Origin: a virus
Taxonomy: Duplodnaviria; Caudoviricetes
Strand: one strand, 5' to 3'
DNA length: 64,000 bases
Virus record (IMG/VR): IMGVR_UViG_2925282926_000001
Coordinates: 32,001 to 96,000 of that record
Shown here: one piece after another, positions 9,686 to 19,239 of the stretch
Position numbering within the stretch: position 1 is the stretch's first letter
Layout: every line of letters begins with the position of its first letter
Translations under genes and position numbers: made by a program
The notes under the pieces: model-generated
Database searches by the model: none
The model's input: only the letters and a program-made list of their open reading frames with translations
What the model was told of the DNA's origin: nothing

Positions 9686-10732
9686 TTACATTGCCTTAAC
9701 AACGTACCAGCCATTGACGTTTTCCGGGATGCAAAGTGGCTTGGACAGCAGTTCCAATTCTCGTTTGATCGGACGTTTTTGCGTGAATACTTGCGGGTAC
9801 ATGTCTGTGTCTGCGTATTTCACATTACCTTCATCATCCATAACTTCGATTGCGCCGTAGTCAAACCGGAATGGTTCTCCATCAGGAAGCATTGCAAGTG
9901 TTCCCTCTGGAATATAATCAACCTCATTCCCCGCTTCATCCGTATAGGAATTGGTGTAGGACCAGATATGCAGCGCTGCTTGACGCAGGTAACCGTGATA
10001 GATAACACCATTGGGCAGGCCGTCCACTTGCTGATTCAGGTTACCGACATCAAGCGTTTCTTTCTTAGCATCGATTAAAGCGAGCAATGTTGGGTGAGTA
10101 ACGATACGCTGTGCCACCTCGAATGTTGCCAGTACTTTACGGGTCGACAAACCTGAACCTTTCATAACATCCAGTTTCTTCTGTGTAAGGTATCCAACAA
10201 CGTCAAACGAATCGTCAGCAAAAGAAGATGTACCGGACAGGATTTCAATGTTTTCGAATTCCCAATCAAGGATTTGAGATACACCTTCACCGATTTGTTC
10301 TGTTTTACCAGTGAACATGATTTGCGCCAATTGTTGCACTTTACGGCGGTGGATAGACGCTTTCAGATCAGCCAAATCTTGAATGATCAAATCCTCGTAT
10401 CGCTCTGCTGGAGATTTAGGATTAATCAGTGTTTCGTTGACTCCTGCAACCTTCAAATCATGCTTCGAAATGATGCGAGAAGGTCTGAGCATCGCAGGTT
10501 TGAATGTCTTTGCAGACCATTTTCCACGAGCGATAACTTTACCTGGAAGTAGTTCGCTAACATATGGTGCAAGCGGACGGTTACCTTTCTTCGTTCTGAT
10601 TTCCACCTCTTCTGTTTCGAACTTCGTTCCCTCTGTTGAGAAACTGTCGGTCAGGTAAGATGAATCTTGTGGGAAAGATTCCAGAGTTTGAATAAGTGTT
10701 GGAATCTCTAAAATTTCATGATAATCAGCCAT
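9686..10732 (-). CDS. Major capsid protein (lambda E family)
   Basis: LAPYVS, FKPAMLRP, ELLSKPLCIP; 348 aa. Confidence 0.9.
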   Translation of the reverse strand: MADYHEILEIPTLIQTLESFPQDSSYLTDSFSTEGTKFETEEVEIRTKKGNRPLAPYVSELLPGKVIARGKWSAKTFKPAMLRPSRIISKHDLKVAGVNETLINPKSPAERYEDLIIQDLADLKASIHRRKVQQLAQIMFTGKTEQIGEGVSQILDWEFENIEILSGTSSFADDSFDVVGYLTQKKLDVMKGSGLSTRKVLATFEVAQRIVTHPTLLALIDAKKETLDVGNLNQQVDGLPNGVIYHGYLRQAALHIWSYTNSYTDEAGNEVDYIPEGTLAMLPDGEPFRFDYGAIEVMDDEGNVKYADTDMYPQVFTQKRPIKRELELLSKPLCIPENVNGWYVVKAM

Positions 10733-10747
10733 TTTTATAATCCTCCC

Positions 10748-11143
10748 TTATTTAACGATCCGTTTTGTGATGATACCGATGCGGCGCAATGCTTGTTCAT
10801 GCTGTGCCACTTTGTCAGTGCCGCCGAACTTAAGAGCATCGCGGTTAAACTCTCCGTCAAGGTAAACGGAGCAACGAGCATCCGCTGTAGTAGCATCAAC
10901 GACAGTATCAGCCAGGACAGCATAGACATTCTGCGTACCATCCGTTTTAGTGGAGTCAACCGGAGCACCAACAGGTGTACCAGCGTACAAATCAGACTCA
11001 GCAAGCTGCGAAGAAACACCGACAACAGTACCGCGAGTTACAAGCCCGGAGCCAGCCTTGATGATAAAAGCCGTCATACGTTCCGATCTATCACCGCCAC
11101 CTGCAAACAACTCGTCAAAACCTGGGGAAATGTACTCAGCCAT
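10748..11143 (-). CDS. Head decoration protein (lambda D-like)
   Basis: RGTVVG...AVLA...YLDGEFNRDAL...LRRIGI. Confidence 0.85.
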   Translation of the reverse strand: MAEYISPGFDELFAGGGDRSERMTAFIIKAGSGLVTRGTVVGVSSQLAESDLYAGTPVGAPVDSTKTDGTQNVYAVLADTVVDATTADARCSVYLDGEFNRDALKFGGTDKVAQHEQALRRIGIITKRIVK

Positions 11144-12237
11144 TATTTACGACCTCCATTTTTGAACGCTGCTGCTTTTGCTGCCATACGAGCAGTTACA
11201 GCGTCTTTTTCTTCTTTTTTCTTCTGGTCATCGTTCTTAGCTTCCAAGTTCTCTACACCCTCTGCGCCAGAATCCTTTGCATCGTCCTTGCGGTTTTGAA
11301 GCTCGGCTCCGTTCCGCTTCATGGATGCTTCCATGAATTTGAGCGCTACACTAGCAACGTCACCGCCGTTAGCGATAGCCTCGTTCACGAAAGACTCTGC
11401 ACCTGGATGCTTGGCGTAAGCTTGCAGGGCAACCACACGGTCGCGCTCTGCCTTCTCAGCATCGTTTGAAATCTGTGCGAACAAATCAGGATGTTCGGCT
11501 TTAAATTGGTTCATATCCATCTTTTTCGGTTCCTCCTTGTTTTCCGGCGTTTTCTCCGGTTGTATCGTTGTTGGTTTTTCTTGTTGTTCGCTGACCATGT
11601 TTTTAATGTCAGCCGGTGTTAACTTAGCCTGTATAAGCTTGTTTTTGATCTTGTCCATGACCTCATTAGAGAAAAGCGGTGCTGCAAAAGATGCTGCGAC
11701 TTTCTCTGTTTGGGCAAACATAACTTCATCGGCTAAACCGTTGGCTACCGCTTCCTGAGCGTTGAAGAATGTTTCTTTCTTCATCAAACCCATGATTTCC
11801 TCACGGCTTTTCCCGGTTTTTTGCTCGTAAGCGTTAATGATTCCTTCGTCTACACTGTCCAGCATTTGCCCAGCCTGATCCATTTGATCCTTGTTGCCAC
11901 GCGCCACGCTTAACGCCCTGTGGATCATAACCTGCGCTGTTGGTGACATTAGCACAGTGTCAGCTCCACACATTCCTACAGACGCAGCACTGGCAGCAAC
12001 TCCCACAACCTTAGCGACTGTTTTTCCGGTGTACTCCCTTAGAGCTGTGTAAATCTCTGACCCCGCCCAAACATCACCACCAGGAGAGTTAATATATACC
12101 TCAACGTCCTGTCCGGCTGCCTGTTCAAGTTGTTTGGAAACTGATCGAGGTGTGACATGATCCATATCGAACCATTCATATAACCATGCATCATCGTTGG
12201 AAATGATAGCCCCAAACATATTAATCCTAATCGCCAT
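11143..12237 (-). CDS. ClpP-type head maturation protease with scaffold tail
   Basis: INSPGGDV, AASAAS, MIH, ETFFNAQEAVANGLAD. Confidence 0.93.
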   Translation of the reverse strand: MAIRINMFGAIISNDDAWLYEWFDMDHVTPRSVSKQLEQAAGQDVEVYINSPGGDVWAGSEIYTALREYTGKTVAKVVGVAASAASVGMCGADTVLMSPTAQVMIHRALSVARGNKDQMDQAGQMLDSVDEGIINAYEQKTGKSREEIMGLMKKETFFNAQEAVANGLADEVMFAQTEKVAASFAAPLFSNEVMDKIKNKLIQAKLTPADIKNMVSEQQEKPTTIQPEKTPENKEEPKKMDMNQFKAEHPDLFAQISNDAEKAERDRVVALQAYAKHPGAESFVNEAIANGGDVASVALKFMEASMKRNGAELQNRKDDAKDSGAEGVENLEAKNDDQKKKEEKDAVTARMAAKAAAFKNGGRK

Positions 12238-13919
12238 TAGTTTTGTTCACCCCCTTCCCCGTCTTCATCGTCGTTGTCCTCATCGTCTATATTTGATGGT
12301 TCAGAAGGCGTTGCAGGTGCAGCGCCCTCTGTTAATCCAAGTTCTTTCAGGCGCTTTTTCTCGTAGGATCGTTGTTGGACGTTGTCCTCCCACGATCCAC
12401 CGTTGATCTCGGCTGTCTCCCTGGTAGCGGTGGAAAGGTTGTTCTCCATACGCATGACTGAGGCTTGCACTTCCTTGGTTGGATCGAGCAACCCCTGGCT
12501 CGGACCATGCCATTCAGCTTTTGTGTACGCAGCAAAAATAGCCGGATCATCAAAGATTCCCGGCGCACTTATACGTCCTTTTGCTACAGCCTCAACAAAC
12601 CATTCCTCATAGATCGGTTGACAAAAATTCTTTGACAACCAGGCGCGGCGCATGCGGTACATTTTCCAAGCTTCCAGGAGCGCGCCGCGAGAAGCGGAGT
12701 AAGAGCTGGTGAACTGCTTTGTCAAAATCTCATACGGAAGTTCCAGCGCCGCTGCTATTTGCTTAAGCAACGCCCGGACAAACGCCTCGTAGTTCGGGTT
12801 TGGTCGGGTAGGGTCTGCAAACTTAACATCCTCACCCGGATCGGTGCGGACGATAGCTCCAGCTCCCATTTTCAACTCGTTGCCTGTAGCATCTGGCCTT
12901 TCCTGCGCCTCCGGTAATTCATCCATCGGCATACCTACCGTTTCAAACGGATCATCTCCGTCATCCTCGGTTGGGGTTGTAATAAATACGGTGTACATTG
13001 ACGTGACCACCGCGGCGGTCAACTCAGCGTGGGTGTATTGCTCCAGCAGCTTCAAGGATTCAATGATCGGAGACACCACGGGGATACCACGGCGCTGTCC
13101 AGGCCGTTCGGACTCGAACAGGTGGATAACGTTCACCCTTCCGGTCTTGGAACCGTATTTTTGCACCCTCTGCCAGTCATTTGCCCCGGTCAGATTGTAT
13201 CCACTGGCTCCAGGATGTCGATTGCTAAAATGATACGCGACAACCATCCCGTCACTATCTACCTCCACGCCGGATTGAATCTTGTTTCCATCGGTGTTGG
13301 CGCTGCTGTTCGGTGTGTCACAGCGGTCAGCCTCAATCAAATTCACTTTGAGGTCATAAACCGACCACTTACGAGGCAGAAACGGCATAAGCGCGAACAC
13401 ATCACCGCTCATAAGGGTCGAGATAAAGGCCAGGGCTTGAAGCTCATAGAAGTCATTGACCCCGGCTGCATCACATTTGGTTGTCTCAGCCCACAACGCC
13501 CATTCACTTTGAATGGACCGGCGCAATTCCTCGGCCTGTTGTTCATCCAATCCCAACCTCTCAGCATCAAAAGCAGGGCTGAGTTTGAGTCCGGTACCAA
13601 CAATGTTTGTACGTAAACCCTTATGGGCAGCGGCGACGATATCGGAACCCATGTGCAAGTCCCTGGAACGTTCGCGCAGGGTCTTAACATTCTTGTGGAT
13701 ATCCGTATCGGCATCCCCTGCCTTCGCTCCCCAAAAGAACATATTCTTTTTGGTGCGACTGGCTCCATGCTTTCCGTAACCTCTACCATTACTTCCGGCA
13801 CTGTAGTTGTTCGTCACCTTACGGATGGCCTGTTGTCTGACAATTTCTGTACGTGCTATTTCGCGCCTAGCAGCTACACCAGGAGCGAAGGCTGCAATTG
13901 CTTTGTCGATAATATTCAT
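12237..13919 (-). CDS. Portal protein, lambda family
   Basis: LRERSRDL, ERPGQRRGIP, SSYSASRGALLE, DPTKE. Confidence 0.95.
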   Translation of the reverse strand: MNIIDKAIAAFAPGVAARREIARTEIVRQQAIRKVTNNYSAGSNGRGYGKHGASRTKKNMFFWGAKAGDADTDIHKNVKTLRERSRDLHMGSDIVAAAHKGLRTNIVGTGLKLSPAFDAERLGLDEQQAEELRRSIQSEWALWAETTKCDAAGVNDFYELQALAFISTLMSGDVFALMPFLPRKWSVYDLKVNLIEADRCDTPNSSANTDGNKIQSGVEVDSDGMVVAYHFSNRHPGASGYNLTGANDWQRVQKYGSKTGRVNVIHLFESERPGQRRGIPVVSPIIESLKLLEQYTHAELTAAVVTSMYTVFITTPTEDDGDDPFETVGMPMDELPEAQERPDATGNELKMGAGAIVRTDPGEDVKFADPTRPNPNYEAFVRALLKQIAAALELPYEILTKQFTSSYSASRGALLEAWKMYRMRRAWLSKNFCQPIYEEWFVEAVAKGRISAPGIFDDPAIFAAYTKAEWHGPSQGLLDPTKEVQASVMRMENNLSTATRETAEINGGSWEDNVQQRSYEKKRLKELGLTEGAAPATPSEPSNIDDEDNDDEDGEGGEQN

Positions 13920-14155
13920 GAGTCAACAGGGTACAACGATGATGTGCGAGAGCGGCGTTTCCCTCCATTTTCGTAAGCGTCAATGATCCTTCTATATCTC
14001 CGCTTCATCATCTGGATTTCCTCCATACTGGAGTACGTCACACCTCTACCACTAATGTTATAGCTGGCACCTGCTGAACGAGCGTCCTCGGCTTCTGACC
14101 ACATTTGGTATTTCCGCTTTGCGTCCTCGTATGCTTCCAATGTAATCTTTCGCAT
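13916..14155 (-). CDS. gpW-like head-tail adaptor
   Basis: SYNISGRGVTY motif between terminase and portal. Confidence 0.75.
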   Translation of the reverse strand: MRKITLEAYEDAKRKYQMWSEAEDARSAGASYNISGRGVTYSSMEEIQMMKRRYRRIIDAYENGGKRRSRTSSLYPVDS

Positions 14156-14182
14156 TTTCCCTTTTCACCCCCTTATTTTGGT

Positions 14183-16042
14183 CTACACTCCACTAGAAAC
14201 CATGCCGCCTTTTTTCTTTTTCGGCTGCTTCCGTCCTGCTCCTGGTTTACTCGGATCAGGCAAAGGAAGGTTAAAGTTAGGGTTTGCCATCTCGATTGCT
14301 GCTCGGTTATAAACCGCAAGGTCAAGTGCCTCGTTTCGTGCCCTTGTTTGCACCCATGCAGTATATGGTTTTCCGCCCTTGTACCTCGTAACAAGCTGCT
14401 CCGCTGTCATTTGCTTGAAATATTCCTCGTCATAAACGAACGGATCGGGATTGTCGGGGTGAGGCAGAGGGAAACGACACGAACCAAGCTCTCCAGGATC
14501 GAGGCTGAGGGACGCAAAAACTGCCGCCTTACCTTCGGATACCCCAACACGAATAACTGTCGCTTTCGGGACGTTGTTCGTGCTGAACCCGTTCAGTAGC
14601 GGGGTCTGTGTTCCGTCTCCGGCTTCCTCGCCCTTCAAGGCGTAAACGTTCAATGCTTGCAGCGGCCTGCAAAACTTGTACACCCTCAAAGTGTGGTGCC
14701 CCCCGGAGTCTATCAGCGTTCGAACAGATCTGAATGGCCTGCCCTCTGCATCGTGCCACGTCCTGGAGAGAAATTCCCGTAGCTCCTGCCAGACTTGCGG
14801 TTGATTGAGGTCGCCAGGGATGATGTGGCGCTGTATTCTCCAGCTTGTGAAGCCTGAACCCCACCCAACTACATCAATTTCAAAGCGTGTATCCTGCGTA
14901 TCGACCCCGATTGTCAGGAATTTAACCCCTTCCGGCACCCTTGCGCGGTACATTTCGCGGCGATTAAGAAGGATTTCGTGTTCAAGCTTCTGCCCTTCTT
15001 CCTCCCAAAGCTCTGCCAAAACCGTATTTATGAAGACTTTTACGGCTTGTTTCCCCTTCTTATTTGCCGCTACCCACTCCGCTACTGCCATTTTCCATGT
15101 GTAATTGATGGTTGCAGCGAGTGCGGAAAGGTGAAATCCACGAGTTGTGGCGTGTTTTTTCTCGGCTATCCACTGAGTACGATCCGCATAATCTCGCTTC
15201 CACTCGTGTTCATGGTGCATTGCCCCGCATTCCTCGCAAGCGTGTGTCACTTCTGTACACTGGCTCGTTTCTTCATCGTAGGTGTATTTCATCCGTTGCC
15301 AACTCAGCGTTTGAAGGTGGTCGCAGCTCGGACACATGAAGTGCAGGCGCTCTTTGGTGCTGTCTTCATACTGCTTCTCAATCTCCGAGTGATCTTTGGT
15401 TGTTGGAGTGGAAACGAAAATCATTTTCCTGTTGTAAAAGGTTGTCGTCCGCTTAAAAGCAAGATCGATAGGCGAACCCTCGTTTCCTGCCGATGCTGCG
15501 AAACGGTCAACCTCATCCGCTAGTAGGATTCTGATCGGTTTGGATGCCAAAGAAGCCGGAGCATTTGACCCAGCTATATTTATCCGTCCGCCTTTGAAGC
15601 TTTTGTAATAAATAGTGTTCCTGCTGTCTCGCGTCTTGGCGGTTGTAAACAGCCTGTTGAGTTGTGGCGAGTCCCGATACATCGGCATGAGTCGGTCATT
15701 AGAGAAATCCTTGGCGACCCCTAGGTCCGGTTGAACCATCATGATAGGCGAAGGATCGTGACCAGTGTAATATCCAATGACATTGAGTTGAAAGGCTGTT
15801 TTACCAAGCTGCGCTCCCATCATTAAGACAACTTTCTCAACGGTGGGGTCAGATACAGCATTCATCGGCCCAACCATGTAAGGGACACGATCAGTACGCC
15901 ATGGACCTTTTTCCGCCGAGTCCTCAGCAGACAAAACCCTGTGCTCATCCGCCCAATCCGTTAGGTGTAAAGGTTCAGGCGGAGCCACAAGGTACATCGT
16001 TTCCTTCAATAATCCGAGCGTTTGCCGTTTACCTGCATTCAC
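14183..16042 (-). CDS. Terminase large subunit, lambda GpA family
   Basis: Walker A GAQLGKT, LLADEVD, STPT, GVDTQ, RNEALD. Confidence 0.96.
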   Translation of the reverse strand: MNAGKRQTLGLLKETMYLVAPPEPLHLTDWADEHRVLSAEDSAEKGPWRTDRVPYMVGPMNAVSDPTVEKVVLMMGAQLGKTAFQLNVIGYYTGHDPSPIMMVQPDLGVAKDFSNDRLMPMYRDSPQLNRLFTTAKTRDSRNTIYYKSFKGGRINIAGSNAPASLASKPIRILLADEVDRFAASAGNEGSPIDLAFKRTTTFYNRKMIFVSTPTTKDHSEIEKQYEDSTKERLHFMCPSCDHLQTLSWQRMKYTYDEETSQCTEVTHACEECGAMHHEHEWKRDYADRTQWIAEKKHATTRGFHLSALAATINYTWKMAVAEWVAANKKGKQAVKVFINTVLAELWEEEGQKLEHEILLNRREMYRARVPEGVKFLTIGVDTQDTRFEIDVVGWGSGFTSWRIQRHIIPGDLNQPQVWQELREFLSRTWHDAEGRPFRSVRTLIDSGGHHTLRVYKFCRPLQALNVYALKGEEAGDGTQTPLLNGFSTNNVPKATVIRVGVSEGKAAVFASLSLDPGELGSCRFPLPHPDNPDPFVYDEEYFKQMTAEQLVTRYKGGKPYTAWVQTRARNEALDLAVYNRAAIEMANPNFNLPLPDPSKPGAGRKQPKKKKGGMVSSGV

Positions 16043-16590
16043 TCTGCATCACCACCAGAGCCGTTCAACGGATCGTACTTGGATAGAGCGACCAAAGCTG
16101 AGGTTATTCGTTGTTCCAGCATTGTCCTAATCTCTTTTTCGTCTGTCATGTACGTTAACTTAGCAGCAATGGACGGAGGCAAAACCATGAGCATTCCGCG
16201 GAAATTAACCAGCAGGTCGCCCCACGCCTCCTGCACATCTTTGGTGCTGTGAAGGTTCTTCCGCTTTTCCTCCAGTTCCAACATGGCAATCTCTTTCTTG
16301 ATCTGCTCATGCTGGGCTTTCTCGTCGTTGTAACTTATCTTCCCTTCCTCCGCCACGCCTGTAACGTGATTGATGTAAGCCTTGATCGTTGGGCCGAGCA
16401 GGTATTTACCTCTCGATATCTGGCTCAAAACTCCATCCCTCGTAAGCTGCGCAACCCACTGTGTTGTTTTACCAATACAAGCAGCAATATCGGAGGTTCC
16501 AACGATGGCTTCAGAGGATATTTTTTTTTCAATTTCTTTCGAGGGCTGTTTCCTTTTCTTCGTCATCTTACTTTCTGTTTTGAGCGCCAT
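16039..16590 (-). CDS. Terminase small subunit (Nu1-like HTH plus coiled coil)
   Basis: IAACIGKTTQWVAQLTRDG HTH; start moved to the ATG after SD GAGGTG. Confidence 0.85.
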   Translation of the reverse strand: MALKTESKMTKKRKQPSKEIEKKISSEAIVGTSDIAACIGKTTQWVAQLTRDGVLSQISRGKYLLGPTIKAYINHVTGVAEEGKISYNDEKAQHEQIKKEIAMLELEEKRKNLHSTKDVQEAWGDLLVNFRGMLMVLPPSIAAKLTYMTDEKEIRTMLEQRITSALVALSKYDPLNGSGGDAE

Positions 16591-16754
16591 ATTCACACAC
16601 CTCGTCAGACCGATTTTAAGGCGGTTTTCAGGCCGCGCATTAGATGAAGGTAAATTTATATTGATTAGATATAAAAAAGGCGCTCATGACCTAATTATCG
16701 GCCTGTGAACGCCTTTCAAGTGAAAGTGATTTTGAAATTTAAAAACTGGCGGTA

Positions 16755-16805
16755 TTTTGGGCTCGCAAGCACCCGCACTCATTTCCCAGCTCCAGAGGGA
16801 CCCAA
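16755..16805 (-). promoter_or_regulatory. Putative cos site (cosQ/cosN-like)
   Basis: GGGTCCC (lambda cosQ is GGGTCCT) followed about 20 nt later by GC-rich GCGGGTGCTTGCGAGCCC, upstream of terS of a GpA-type phage. Confidence 0.45.
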
Positions 16806-16810
16806 AGTTC

Positions 16811-16999
16811 TCAAAACCTCGGACGTTTCCTGAATTTCTCAGGCAAAATGCTATCAACTGAACCAATAATCTTGTCGTGTTTTCTACAAAGCATCCTCGC
16901 TGTTGGCTTGGCATAGGGCATGGGGTCAAGCTCAACAGGTTCGTTACAGAAGAAGCATAGAGGGACGCTGGTGTTATTGATGAGTACGTATTGAATCAT
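16811..16999 (-). CDS. Small Cys/His protein (CxxC...CxxH)
   Basis: 62 aa ORF with SD. Confidence 0.5.
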   Translation of the reverse strand: MIQYVLINNTSVPLCFFCNEPVELDPMPYAKPTARMLCRKHDKIIGSVDSILPEKFRKRPRF

Positions 17000-17024
17000 T
17001 GATCTATCCTTACATCCTCACCTC

Positions 17025-17522
17025 TCAGAACAATGTGTTGGATGCGTTGGTTATCAACTGATCAGGTGAAACAATGATAACCTCGACACTATCTGTAACG
17101 GATGTGCTACCTAGCTGTACACGCCTGTATGCATGTTCCATAGTCTCGCCTGGCCTAACTTCTACAGGTGACCACTTATATCGACCTATATCACATCTGG
17201 CTATGGTGAACAGCAGCTTGAGTGCCCAATACTTAATCGGTGTACGTGTCTCGATGAGGTACATGATTGCAGCCTGCGCATCTGCCTGGTCTATATCAGG
17301 GTATAGATTGCCACGCTTGATATCCATGAGCCTATCCATAATAGCTGTGTTAATGGTCATATCGCTTAGCGTTACACTATGTGTGTATGAATAAGGCAGT
17401 GGTATAGTTACCTCTCCAGATATAGGCACTTCAGTAGGCCGATATACTTCGAACTCTCCACCATGAGCCATAACATTATTTATGAGTATCTTCAGTGGCA
17501 CTTTGTATGGTTCAAATGGCAT
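17025..17522 (-). CDS. Hypothetical protein
   Basis: 165 aa ORF co-oriented with the late operon, SD AAAGGA. Confidence 0.6.
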   Translation of the reverse strand: MPFEPYKVPLKILINNVMAHGGEFEVYRPTEVPISGEVTIPLPYSYTHSVTLSDMTINTAIMDRLMDIKRGNLYPDIDQADAQAAIMYLIETRTPIKYWALKLLFTIARCDIGRYKWSPVEVRPGETMEHAYRRVQLGSTSVTDSVEVIIVSPDQLITNASNTLF

Positions 17523-17607
17523 TTAAATCACAGTCCTTTTTGTTTAATAAAAAACACCCGCTTTTTATACGAGTGTTTATGCATGGATTGGATATGCAGT
17601 TGGTGAT

Positions 17608-17755
17608 TCTCTTATATATATCTTTATATCTTTTATTCTTTTATTTCTTTTTTCTTTCTTGGGGGTATAATCGTCCACCACTAGAGGGGTACAATTGTCC
17701 ACCACTAAGTATATTTTCATGGTGTTATTTAGTGGTGTATGATTGTCCACCACAA
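17608..17755. repeat. Three iteron-like 22-bp repeats plus an AT-rich tract (ori-like)
   Basis: GGGGTATAATCGTCCACCACTA 17662-17683, GGGGTACAATTGTCCACCACTA 17686-17707, GGTGTATGATTGTCCACCACAA 17734-17755; T-rich tract 17608-17660. Confidence 0.7.
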
Positions 17756-17829
17756 ATATTCATGAATCTGCATAAAACATGAATAAAGTGTATAACAAGT
17801 CCATCATTTTTCGACGGATTCAATTATCT

Positions 17830-18096
17830 TCATTTACTCATGGCCCTATAAAACTCAAGTGCTTCCTTGTCGACCTCAAGGGACTTTTTCTGAACCTCAA
17901 TGGAACGCTGAGACAATTCCTCATTGCGCTTGTTCAGTTCTTTTGTTTGTTGCAGCAGTTCCGTGCTTTCATTGTAGTATTCGATCCTTTCCAGGCGTTC
18001 GATCGAAAACAATATTCCGGAGATGAACCAGCAGACGACGGTTGCAAAGATTACACCTGTCAGCACATGTTGTCTGTACTCTTTCATGCTCTTCAC
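17830..18096 (-). CDS. Small single-pass membrane protein with coiled coil
   Basis: Hydrophobic N-terminal helix then a charged coil. Confidence 0.6.
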   Translation of the reverse strand: MKSMKEYRQHVLTGVIFATVVCWFISGILFSIERLERIEYYNESTELLQQTKELNKRNEELSQRSIEVQKKSLEVDKEALEFYRAMSK

Positions 18097-18112
18097 CTCT
18101 TCATGTAATTTG

Positions 18113-18421
18113 TTAGCAAGTGCTGCGAGCGGTAGCCCGGACTTTAGGGAAATACGTCCGTTTCGGCATGTTGAATTTGGCTTTGAAATACGGAGTTTCC
18201 AGCGCGAACGACGGTACTTCTGGAGTGCTGATATACTCCATGTATTCCTCTTTCATTTCTAAAATACCCGCCGCCATCCTGCGAAGGCGTTCCAACTCCA
18301 CGTCGTAATAGTCCACAAGTGGTTGTAAAGCGACCAACAAGGCTTTCTCTAACTCCCTCATTGATTGCCTGAGATTTTCAAATGCTTCCCCGACCGTGAT
18401 GTCTGCTCTGATAACCTCCAT
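18113..18421 (-). CDS. Hypothetical protein
   Basis: SD GGAGGTG, 102 aa. Confidence 0.6.
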   Translation of the reverse strand: MEVIRADITVGEAFENLRQSMRELEKALLVALQPLVDYYDVELERLRRMAAGILEMKEEYMEYISTPEVPSFALETPYFKAKFNMPKRTYFPKVRATARSTC

Positions 18422-18501
18422 TCCTACACCTCCGATATTTAAGGGTACGCCCTACTTCGCCGCCACCTCTAACAGCTTTTCAGGTATAGATTTACCCTGG
18501 T

Positions 18502-19236
18502 TTAGTTACTCCACAATTCCACCTTAACTTTAGATGTCTTGATGTATCGTTCTGGTTGTTCTGCTGGAAGTCCCAAAGGACTCAGACGAGCTGTGCAAAT
18601 GTATTCTCCTGGTGTAAGTAATCCGGTTATCTCTTCATATGCTCCCACTTGATCGTCATTCATTACCAGTACAAATTGTCTTTCCTGTGCCGCGTTGTAC
18701 TGTTTTCCTGTGAGCAACACCAAGGAAATGTTCTTTCTGTTCTGTCCTTCGTCGCCTGCAAGACCAACCGTGTGCAGTGCCATTTTGATAGGTCTGTCCA
18801 CATTTCCACCTGCTCCTGCTGAACGATAAATCCTGATCACCGCACCAGCTCCCGATGTGTTGGACTGCAACATTGTGATGCCTGCGGTGCTGTCGGATGT
18901 CTTTATGCCTATTTGCGCTGTCTGCCATGTGTTCCCGGCGAACTGCAACGACTCAAGCGTGAATTTAATCGCTGTAAACTTGGTCGGATCGAACTTTACC
19001 TTGGTGCGAATATCTGCGTATGAGTTGTTGGTCCGTGGAGCTGTGACAGTCATTTCACCTCTGCCTGGCAATGGTTCGAATGTCGTACCAGCTCCCACAA
19101 CCTCCGTAGCGTCCGCCGCAAGCTTGGTAGCCGTTTCTAGCCACGCTGGGATTGTACCGTCTGTGAAATCAGCCACCAAAGACTTGTACACCTTACCGTA
19201 TGGGATTAATTTGCCATCAGGTCCAGTAATATGCAT
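18502..19236 (-). CDS. Beta-rich (lectin/ConA-like?) protein; homolog of 44211-44891
   Basis: Shares ADFxDGTxPAWL, AGDEGQNRKN, NDDQVGA and LWSN with the prophage 2 protein. Confidence 0.75.
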   Translation of the reverse strand: MHITGPDGKLIPYGKVYKSLVADFTDGTIPAWLETATKLAADATEVVGAGTTFEPLPGRGEMTVTAPRTNNSYADIRTKVKFDPTKFTAIKFTLESLQFAGNTWQTAQIGIKTSDSTAGITMLQSNTSGAGAVIRIYRSAGAGGNVDRPIKMALHTVGLAGDEGQNRKNISLVLLTGKQYNAAQERQFVLVMNDDQVGAYEEITGLLTPGEYICTARLSPLGLPAEQPERYIKTSKVKVELWSN

Positions 19237-19239
19237 GAC

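Noticed and set aside
17608-17755. CRISPR array or DnaA-box cluster
   Set aside because: Only three imperfect repeats with 2-bp and 26-bp gaps and no cas genes; the cores differ from TTATCCACA at two or more positions
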